NCBI GenBank assembly: GCA_041879355.1 | Contig: CP089922.1 | Coordinates: forward strand, 3,155,081-3,219,080 | Source of the DNA: Cyanobacteria bacterium LVE1205-1 | Lineage (GTDB): Bacteria; Cyanobacteriota; Cyanobacteriia; CAIUCS01 | Direction of reading: 5' to 3' | Length of the DNA: 64,000 nt | In this document: positions 56,053 through 64,000 of the stretch, one piece after another | Layout: each line of letters begins with the position of its first letter | Numbering within the stretch: position 1 is the stretch's first letter | Translations under genes and position numbers: made by a program | The notes under the pieces: model-generated | Databases searched by the model: none | Told to the model about the DNA's origin: nothing | What the model saw: the letters and a program-made list of their open reading frames with translations, nothing else

Positions 56053-56744
56053 TCATTGCAAGCTTCTAAGCAAAGTAGAGGCTCGTTGGGAAATTTCCCG
56101 CCAGTTCCCATCAGCGATCGCCGCCGTTGGGAACAATGCAGTAGATAATCCTACACCCACTGCACCCGCTTGGAGGAAATCCATAGCATTTTCCAGCGTA
56201 ATTCCCCCTGAAGGGATCAAGGGGATGGGATGGAGGGGTTCCCTCAACTGGCGAATATAGGACACACCACCCACTGCTGAAATGGGAAACACCTTAACGC
56301 TACTTGCCCCCCATTGCCAAGCATGGGCAATTTCTGTGGGTGTCAGTGCCCCAGGAATAACAGGCACTCCTAAACTCTGTCCAATTTGGATTAGGTCATA
56401 TTGGGAATGGGGCATAAAACAAAACTGACTACCTGCCACAATCACTTGTTGGAGGGTTCGTTCGTTCAGAATTGACCCTGCCCCAATATAACAATTGGGT
56501 AATGACTGTCTTAATTGGTGGACTAACTTCAGCTGTAGTTGACAATCCGTATTGCTAGAGTCATTCCTGGCAATTTCAATTAATTTCATGCCAGCCCTAG
56601 ATACCGCTTGCGCCATGGCATAACCCCGTTGAAAATCTGGCGGACGAATAACTGCGATCACTGGCTGAATCGATAAATAAGTTCGCCATACTTGTCGATG
56701 ATCACTGGGGTGGGGGGATGAACGGATGAAATACTATCTGACAT
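56053..56744 (-). CDS. eda: KDPG/KHG aldolase (possible frameshift in G run ~56707-56717 near the N-terminus)
   Basis: IAVIR, IGAGSI, PGALTPTEI, VKVFP, PSGGI. Confidence 0.87.
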
Positions 56745-56764
56745 GGACACAATTAACTCAATGT

Positions 56765-56965
56765 TTGACATACTCACCGGGCTGAAGCCACGGTGATTCT
56801 TGACAGCTTACAACAACTAGCCTCCGAAAAGGTCCTACGGTCGCTTCCTATCCGTTTAGAGTTTCCCAATAGCCTATGGCGACTGTGTTCTATATTCTTT
56901 GCTGCATTCTCATCCCAGTTGTATTCAGTGTCACAATTCAGGCATCGAACTGCCGAAATCACTTG
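56765..56965 (-). mobile_element. tnpB: tnpB 3' remnant with an IS605-type right end (omegaRNA-like region)
   Basis: CLNC..WDENAAKNI (zinc finger half plus RuvC-III), followed by GAATCACCGTGGCTTCAGCCCGGTGAGTATGTCAA. Confidence 0.85.
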
Positions 56966-57259
56966 GTAGTTCTCTTGACCATACAGGCTCTAAGTCTCCA
57001 ATCTTAGCTAGACAAAGAGATTCACCCGTGATTGAAAATGCTGATTTAACAAACGTTGCAGACTGAGAATTGACGGGGTATCTTTTTGTTGAGGTAAACA
57101 TCAGACTACCCTATGAGTTCCTCTAAGGGAAGCTTCTAGGTGTTGCACTTCAAATTTGAATTGGCGATTTATAAAAAACAATACGGAATTGTCACACTGT
57201 CTTAGAACATATTGGTATTCAATAATAATTCATCAACCTTCTTAGAAAAGGGAGCTTTT

Positions 57260-58003
57260 ATGTTAGACATTCGTAGTCTGGAAATTCGTATTGTGGTGGC
57301 TGTTATAGTCGGATTGGTGATGGGTGCGGTAGTAGCATACTTAGGGTTGCGCCGTAAGTTCAAGCAAGAAAAAGCAACGCTTCGTCAACAATTTCAACAG
57401 GTCACTGAAGAAAATGAACGGATTTTTCAAGACAGGCTCAAGTCTTCCATGACTGTTTTGCAGACGGAACATGAACAAGCACTACAGGCAATACAGAAAG
57501 CACCCCCAGCGTCCATTGATTCTTCTGGGATTGTTCATGATCAGCCATTGATGACTATTTCAGTCGATGGGCATCATGGGGAGTCGGCTGATGGGGCTCC
57601 CGTGGCAGGCAATCCTGTAGTTGAAGGAGCTTCTAAAATTCCTTCTTCCTTGGAGCAAGTTGAGGCGTGGGGCAATTCCGGGCTGGTGAGTGCTATCCCC
57701 GGTCTTAGCCGTTATGCATTGACCGCTGATCAAAAAACTCGTCAACAAGTAGCCGTCGCCTTGGGCAAAATTGCAAATCGAGCTGGGCTACGTTCAGAAG
57801 TACAGACATCCTTGGGTATTTTAGCAAAATTAAGCCGGGATCCAGAAATTGCCGTCCGTTGTGCAGCGGTGGAAGCGATCGCCCAAATTCCTTCATCACG
57901 GTCAATCCGTCTATTGAATCAAGCATTAAGAGATAGTGCAGGGGAAGTAGTACAAAACGCCAGTAAGGGGTTAACCCGGTTGAAAAATGTAAAACTAACC
58001 TGA
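57260..58003 (+). CDS. Membrane-anchored HEAT-repeat protein
   Basis: N-terminal TM, coiled coil, then repeats D..TRQQVAVALG, DPEIAVRCAAVEAIA, LRDSAGEVVQNA. Confidence 0.78.
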   Translation: MLDIRSLEIRIVVAVIVGLVMGAVVAYLGLRRKFKQEKATLRQQFQQVTEENERIFQDRLKSSMTVLQTEHEQALQAIQKAPPASIDSSGIVHDQPLMTISVDGHHGESADGAPVAGNPVVEGASKIPSSLEQVEAWGNSGLVSAIPGLSRYALTADQKTRQQVAVALGKIANRAGLRSEVQTSLGILAKLSRDPEIAVRCAAVEAIAQIPSSRSIRLLNQALRDSAGEVVQNASKGLTRLKNVKLT

Positions 58004-58016
58004 TTGAAATGATTCA

Positions 58017-58088
<72 letters not shown>

Positions 58089-58437
58089 AGATACAACTTT
58101 ATCTATTTCATTGGTTCAATATACCAAAAAATTAGCTAAATAATGAACTTAATTTTAGCTATCTAAGGGGAAGTTGGGCAGGGTGATATCCGCTAACTCT
58201 AACATCTTGGGTGTCCCCTCTTGTATTTCAACTATATTTCACTAACCACCAGCACTATTGAACAAACCATGGCTCAAATCTCAATGACACCGAATTTGAC
58301 TAAACTGGGAGCGGTACACCCTTGGGGCAGCACTACTAGGGGGAGTTCATTATCCCGGATTAACCATCTACCACACGTTATAATTCAATGAGCGACTATC
58401 TTTAAACCACTTAAAACAGGTCACAACGTTTAAAACC

Positions 58438-59132
58438 ATGGTGAGTTGGTCATCTGCTTGGCAAGGATTTCTCAATCTTTTTCTGGAAGGTTGTTGCCCC
58501 CTGTGCCACCGTTCAACACGACACGTTTTTTGCCTGGACTGTTTGCGGCAAATAGAAGAATGTCGTTTGTCTGAACCTGCACCATCCCTTGACTCCCATT
58601 TAATCTGTTGTGGTTGGGGGGAATATGGGGGGGTCTTAAGCGGGCGATCGCCGCCTTTAAGTACAATCACCATCCGGAGTTGGGGCATCCCCTAGGTCAC
58701 TGGTTAGGACAAGCCTGGTGCCAGTTACCCAATTCCCAACGGTGGAGTCGATTAAATGTCATTCCCATCCCACTTCATCTGACAAAATTACAAAAACGGG
58801 GGTATAACCAAGCTGAACTATTGGCAGAAGGGTTTTGCCGTGAGACAGGTTTACCACTGCTAAGAAACGGGTTACAACGAATCCGGGCAACAGAAGCCAT
58901 GTATGGTTTATCGCCACAACAACGGCACCAAAACGTAACTGAGGCATTTCAGTTAGGACCAGATTTAAGGGGTGCCAAAGGAAATAGCCCAGTCCTGATT
59001 GTGGATGATATTTATACAACTGGGGCTACGGTTCGTGCTGCCATTGATACGTTGAAAGAGTCTAATATTCAGGTGGTGGGGGTGGCAGCATTGGCGATCG
59101 CCCCAGCTCCTAAACGAATCAATACGGCATAG
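58438..59132 (+). CDS. comF: ComF family amidophosphoribosyltransferase-like protein (apparent frameshift at G run ~58627-58633)
   Basis: CPLC..CLDC, PIPLH..RGYNQAE, IVDDIYTTGAT. Confidence 0.9.
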
Positions 59133-59173
59133 GGATACATTCCGTATCATCAATTATCTTCTTATCCTGATTC

Positions 59174-60802
59174 ATGAGCTACTGCTTTAACCCCAACTGT
59201 GTCCGCCCGAATAATACCACCAGCGACCACTTCTGCAGGAATTGTGGTGCCCGTCTACGCCTTCAAGACCGTTATCGTGCCCTTCAAGTTATTGTGGAAG
59301 GCGGGTTTGGAATTGCTTATTTAGCCATTGATGAAGCAAAACCATCTAAGCCTCAATGTTTTATCAAACAATTCAATCCCCAAGGAATGGTCAATATTCC
59401 TAAAGCTATCCAATTATTTCAGCAAGAAGCGGAACGGTTGGAACAACTGGGCAATCACCAACAAATTCCCTCACTCCATGCTCACTTTGAGCAAAACGGA
59501 AGGCACTACATTATTCAGGACTACATTCCAGGTATAAATCTAGACCAAGAAGTCAGACAAAGGGGTGCATTCAAGGAAGATGAAATTTGGCAACTCTTAA
59601 CCCAGATCTTGCCTGTCCTTGAATTTATCCACCGAGCCCACGTTATTCATCGAGACATCAAGCCTGAAAACATTATCCGTAGACCCAATGGACAATTAGT
59701 ATTGGTCGATTTTGGGGCTGCAAAGTATGCATTGGGGAAGGCGTTATCCCAGGTGGGAACTATCATTGGCTCATCTGAATATACCCCTCCAGAACAAACT
59801 GCAGGCAAAGCCACCTTTGCCAGTGACTTATATAGTTTAGGAGTAACATGCTTGGTATTGATGACCCTCACCTCTCCCTTTAAGCTTTATCACTTTATAG
59901 AAATGGAATGGCAATGGCAGCATTATTTAGCTGGACGGAGAATTAGTGACGAGTTGGGAAGGATTTTGAATCGACTGGTGGCAAAAGCATTAAATGACCG
60001 TTATCAAACAGCCGAACAAGTACTGCAAGACTTGCAAATGAGACTTATGTTTCTTACTCCTCCCCTAGTCCAGTCATCTCCCCCGCCTCACCATCCATCC
60101 ATATTGGTACATCCTATTTCTCCACATAAAAATCTGAACTTTAATTTACCCCGAAATGGGGGACAGTTAGAGTTGATGATGGTTCCTAGCGGAACATTAA
60201 TCATGGGAGGTCATCATCGCATCGAGTTACAAACTTTTTGGATTAGCAAATATCTAATTACCCAGCGGCAATACCAGGGAGTGATGGGTAAAAATTTCTC
60301 TTATTTCCAGGGTGATTTAGATTACCCAGTAGATAGTGTGAGCTGGAATGATGCTCATATTTTTTGTCAGATCCTCTCTAAGATTTTGAATGTACCCATT
60401 GACCTCCCCAGTGAAACCCAATGGGAGTGGGCAGCACGAGGGTCTATTCTGAGCAGAGGATTTGAATATTCAGGAAGTAACTGCTTAGACGAAGTGGGTT
60501 GGTACAATGAAAATTCTGGCAAAATAGTACATCCCGTGGGTCAAAAAAAACCAAATGAATTAGGTTTATATGATATGAGTGGAAATGTATGGGAATGGTG
60601 TAAAGACTACTGGGTCAACGAAGTCAGTAGATTGCCTCAGGATGGTAGCTCCCATGTCAATCGAGATAATAAACGAACTCAACGGGGAGGGTCTTGGAAT
60701 CTTTTTGCAAGAAATGCTCGTTCAGTTAACAGAGCAGGGGTCAATCAAGAGAGTCGTTACAATTATTTTGGATTTCGTGTAGTATATGTACCCTTAATTT
60801 AA
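59174..60802 (+). CDS. 4-Cys-prefix Ser/Thr kinase fused to an FGE-sulfatase (C-type lectin fold) domain
   Basis: MSYCFNPNC..FCRNCG, IHRDIKPEN, DFG, LPSETQWEWAARG, PNELGLYDMSGNVWEWC, RGGSW..GFRVV. Confidence 0.93.
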   Translation: MSYCFNPNCVRPNNTTSDHFCRNCGARLRLQDRYRALQVIVEGGFGIAYLAIDEAKPSKPQCFIKQFNPQGMVNIPKAIQLFQQEAERLEQLGNHQQIPSLHAHFEQNGRHYIIQDYIPGINLDQEVRQRGAFKEDEIWQLLTQILPVLEFIHRAHVIHRDIKPENIIRRPNGQLVLVDFGAAKYALGKALSQVGTIIGSSEYTPPEQTAGKATFASDLYSLGVTCLVLMTLTSPFKLYHFIEMEWQWQHYLAGRRISDELGRILNRLVAKALNDRYQTAEQVLQDLQMRLMFLTPPLVQSSPPPHHPSILVHPISPHKNLNFNLPRNGGQLELMMVPSGTLIMGGHHRIELQTFWISKYLITQRQYQGVMGKNFSYFQGDLDYPVDSVSWNDAHIFCQILSKILNVPIDLPSETQWEWAARGSILSRGFEYSGSNCLDEVGWYNENSGKIVHPVGQKKPNELGLYDMSGNVWEWCKDYWVNEVSRLPQDGSSHVNRDNKRTQRGGSWNLFARNARSVNRAGVNQESRYNYFGFRVVYVPLI

Positions 60803-60883
60803 AATTAATCTATTTTTTTAATCTGATTTGTCATTGAACAATCCCCTTCATTTATCCACATCCTTACCACCGAATCCCAATTA

Positions 60884-62110
60884 ATGAATACTATTCCCTT
60901 AAGTTGGACACAACTAGCAACCCTCACAAACTTTAAGTTAGATCGTGTCCATGGAGCCACCAATGCTCAAGCCAAGTTGCGTTTGTTCGGTCAGTCGGAA
61001 TCAGCCGTTAGTGTGACCCTATACCGAGATCATCACGCCTGGTGTCCCTACTGTCAGAAAATTTGGCTATGGTTGGAAGAGCAACAAATTCCCTATCGTA
61101 TTGAAAAAGTGACGATGTTTTGCTATGGGGAAAAGGAACGGTGGTATAAACATAAAGTACCGTCAGGAATGCTTCCTGCCATTGATTTAAAGGGTAAATT
61201 AATCACTGAAAGTGATGACATTTTGATGGCATTGGAAAGAGAATTTGGAGTTTTGGGAAAAGGGATGACTGACCCGGTCATTGTTCCACTCCGTCATTTA
61301 GAACGACTGTTGTTTAAGGCATGGTGTAATTGGTTGTGTTATCAATCCATTCTTCCCCATCAAGAGCGTTACCATCAAAACCAATTCATAACCATTGCTC
61401 AACAGGTGGAAGAGGCACTCTCCCAGATGCCAGGTCCCTACTTCTTGGAAGATTTTAGTATTGCGGATGTGATATTTATTCCCTATGTAGAGCGCATGAA
61501 TGCTAGTCTCTACTACTACAAGGGGTTCTCGCTCAGAAATGAAAACCCACGGATAGGTCAATGGTTGGCTGCCCTGGAAACTCGAACCACCTACCGGGGA
61601 ACCCAAAGTGATTTCCATACCCATGTCCATGACTTGCCGCCCCAAATGGGAGGATGCTGGAGTAACCACACCCCCGTTGCACTGCAAAACCAACGCGCAG
61701 TCAATCAAGGTCCATGGAACAATTTACCCGACGTGGTTTACCCGGAGCCGAGTACATCCTGTGAAGAGGCTCTATCCCGAGTGATTCGCCACCGATCCAC
61801 TCTAATTCGTTCCAACCCCGGGGATGATGCCGTAGTCGATGGGGCATTAAGATGTGCGTTAACCTGGATGATGACAGGGGAACTCTGTCAACCCCCATCA
61901 GGAGCCGATGTAGCCCTCCGTTATCTGCGAGATCGCATTTGTGTGCCCCGTGATATGTCAATTTATGCAGCCAGACGGTTACGGGAAGCCTTGGAAAAAA
62001 CTGCAGCCTTGGCAGGAGACGGGCAGGGGACACCTATACCCTTCAACCATCGTCGAGACCAAAATCCCATTCACTTTTTATCTCAACCGGAGGGTAGTGC
62101 CCTAACCTAA
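60884..62110 (+). CDS. Glutathione S-transferase family protein
   Basis: [26 protein letters not shown]. Confidence 0.88.
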   Translation: MNTIPLSWTQLATLTNFKLDRVHGATNAQAKLRLFGQSESAVSVTLYRDHHAWCPYCQKIWLWLEEQQIPYRIEKVTMFCYGEKERWYKHKVPSGMLPAIDLKGKLITESDDILMALEREFGVLGKGMTDPVIVPLRHLERLLFKAWCNWLCYQSILPHQERYHQNQFITIAQQVEEALSQMPGPYFLEDFSIADVIFIPYVERMNASLYYYKGFSLRNENPRIGQWLAALETRTTYRGTQSDFHTHVHDLPPQMGGCWSNHTPVALQNQRAVNQGPWNNLPDVVYPEPSTSCEEALSRVIRHRSTLIRSNPGDDAVVDGALRCALTWMMTGELCQPPSGADVALRYLRDRICVPRDMSIYAARRLREALEKTAALAGDGQGTPIPFNHRRDQNPIHFLSQPEGSALT

Positions 62111-62249
62111 TTCCCCCAATCCCACTTTATATCCCATAATTAAATCCAACGGCTTTACGGCGATTTCCATCAGTTAGAATTTTTATGTTCATCTACAATT
62201 TTATATAGTTATAAATAGTGAAAGTCTATGTTTCTGGATTTCAGTACCT

Positions 62250-62534
62250 ATGCGATTGATTTTATATACCAAACCAGGGTGCCATTTATGTGAAGGGTTA
62301 CAGGAAAAGCTGTCTAAAATCCAAAACCTTGACCTTAAATTGGATATTCGGGATATTACCCAACGTCAGGAATGGTTTAATGCGTACCAATTTGAAATCC
62401 CTGTTCTTCAGCTACAAATCCATGAATCCCATCCCATTTTTTTATTGCCCCGCCCATCACCCCGAGCTACTGTTAGCCAACTAGAACAAATGTTAAAGAA
62501 GCATCTATCGGGCAAACTCCCCTTTGAGGCTTGA
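62250..62534 (+). CDS. Glutaredoxin-like protein (DUF836)
   Basis: LYTKPGCHLC..YQFEIPVL. Confidence 0.88.
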   Translation: MRLILYTKPGCHLCEGLQEKLSKIQNLDLKLDIRDITQRQEWFNAYQFEIPVLQLQIHESHPIFLLPRPSPRATVSQLEQMLKKHLSGKLPFEA

Positions 62535-62578
62535 TTGGCAACTAGTGATTTCCTCTATTTCTTTCAAGTGGATTTTCA

Positions 62579-63280
62579 ATGGCTTCATCATTCGGTCAAG
62601 TAGATAACCACTCCTCCATTCTGGTTGTGGAGTCCAACGAAGCTTTAGCTCAACGGATTGGCTTAGATTTGCGACAATCTGGCTATATCCCTATCGTGGC
62701 AACCGATCAGGTTACAGCAATTCAGTATTTTCATCAGTACCAGCCCATGATGGTTGTTATTGACCTCCACTTACCGGGAGATTGGGGACTAAACTTGTGT
62801 GAGCATTTGCGGACATTGGGTTCTGTTGTTCCCTTGCTATTACTTCTCCAACAAGATGGGGTGAAGGATCGGGTAGCTTGTCTGGAATCTGGAGCGGATG
62901 ATTACCTATTAAAACCCTATCGAAGTGATGATTTTCTGCAACGGGTTGATCTGTATTTGCAACCCCCAACCCCCCAGTCGGATGAAATGCGATTTGGAGA
63001 TTTAGTATTGGATCTGTCTACCCGTCAGGCAATACGGAATGGTCGTGTAATGGGTTTAACCATGAAGGAGTTTGAATTGTTGAAATACCTGATGGATCAC
63101 CCCAGGGAAGTACTGACACGGGAGCAAATCTTAGAAAATGTATGGGGTTACAACTTTATCGGTGAATCCAATGTAATTGAGGTCTATATCCGTTACTTAC
63201 GATTAAAAATTGAAGATGAAGGGGGCAAACGATTGATTCAAACAGTACGAGGGGTAGGATATGTATTACGAGAAAATTAA
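62579..63280 (+). CDS. nblR: OmpR-family response regulator NblR
   Basis: Atypical receiver (VVES instead of an acidic pair), GADDYLLKPY, LTMKEFELL, ESNVIEVYIRYLRLKIE, TVRGVGY; followed by a DUF192 gene. Confidence 0.8.
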   Translation: MASSFGQVDNHSSILVVESNEALAQRIGLDLRQSGYIPIVATDQVTAIQYFHQYQPMMVVIDLHLPGDWGLNLCEHLRTLGSVVPLLLLLQQDGVKDRVACLESGADDYLLKPYRSDDFLQRVDLYLQPPTPQSDEMRFGDLVLDLSTRQAIRNGRVMGLTMKEFELLKYLMDHPREVLTREQILENVWGYNFIGESNVIEVYIRYLRLKIEDEGGKRLIQTVRGVGYVLREN

Positions 63281-63345
63281 GATGGTCTAACCCTATGTTT
63301 CCCAACGTTCTAGTGCAATGGCTATTTACTTTTCCCCTCGTCGAA

Positions 63346-63984
63346 ATGCGGATTTTGACTCAGTTTCTTAGGTTGTATGGCATTTCTCAAATAGCATGGT
63401 TGAGTTTTACCCTGCCTGCAACCCCATCCCCCTTCCCAACCCCTCCGTTCAGTTCTGGCGTTACTCCTGTTGGCTTTAGTGCCGTTGTTGAGATTGCGGC
63501 TGAACCAGTACCCACTTCAAAGGCTAGGAACTGTATACCCGAAAGTCCTTCCCAGTTTGGTCAGGTTTTACCCATTTCTGCAACAGCAACGATAAACGGG
63601 CATATTATTCAATTGGAAGTTGCCCGCACTTTCCAACAACAAGGGATTGGTCTGATGTATCGCCCTTGTTTGCCAGATAATCAAGGGATGTTATTTGTGT
63701 TTCAACCTGCCCAACCTGTTCGTTTCTGGATGCGTAATGTCTTAATTCCTTTAGATATGGTTTTTATCAGGCAGGGTCGGGTGCGGGCGATCGCTGCTAA
63801 TGTTCCTCCCTGTAAATCCCCTACCTGCCCTACCTATGGGGCAGGTGGAAGCGTTGATCAAGTACTGGAATTGCGCGGTGGTAGGGCGGCAGAACTAGGA
63901 TTACGAGTTGGTGATTATGTTAAGGTTAGCGAAACTCCATTACTCCTACTCCACCCTTTCTTGTGGGGAAAGGGGTGGGTTTAG
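63346..63984 (+). CDS. DUF192 domain protein
   Basis: LEVA..GLMYR..GMLF..FWM.N..IPLDMVF..VLEL.GG. Confidence 0.88.
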   Translation: MRILTQFLRLYGISQIAWLSFTLPATPSPFPTPPFSSGVTPVGFSAVVEIAAEPVPTSKARNCIPESPSQFGQVLPISATATINGHIIQLEVARTFQQQGIGLMYRPCLPDNQGMLFVFQPAQPVRFWMRNVLIPLDMVFIRQGRVRAIAANVPPCKSPTCPTYGAGGSVDQVLELRGGRAAELGLRVGDYVKVSETPLLLLHPFLWGKGWV

Positions 63985-64000
63985 TATTGAAGGGCACACT

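Noticed and set aside
56990-57150. Possible HEARO/IscB-type RNA remnant
   Set aside because: Only a vague resemblance, with no recognisable end motif or iscB fragment.

Overview
This is a cyanobacterial chromosomal window: HIP1 octamers (GCGATCGC) occur throughout, and it carries ndhP, nblR, argZ and an NTRC gene. Most of it is housekeeping genes (argZ, avtA, cbiB/cbiD/cbiJ, gpmI, recJ, ureB, hpt, lepB, queA, ctaA/ctaB, msrB, trpS, icd, uvrB, a Gld-type ABC transporter, pyk, rsmE, secF, eda, comF) plus three tRNAs. About 15 genes, several of them essential, are split mostly at G/C homopolymer runs, which most likely reflects long-read assembly errors rather than decay. The most unusual locus is a GC-rich, HIP1-free island at ~2.2-4.3 kb. 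It holds an intact Y1/HUH (RAYT/IS200-like) transposase preceded by a 234-bp-period array of inverted REP-like doublets, placed between a short hsdR-like 5' stub and a 5'-truncated hsdM, so most of a type I R-M system is missing at the repeat junctions. Other accessory signals include a 155-bp MITE in two copies with 9-bp target duplications and several IS200/IS605 remnants, one keeping a tnpB 3' end/omegaRNA-like scaffold. There is also a cluster of a group II RT fragment, a mazF-type TA pair and an IS630 fragment, a perfect 36-bp palindrome, and a kinase-FGE-sulfatase protein of the type targeted by cyanobacterial DGRs. All protein calls come from motif recognition by eye; no database search was run.
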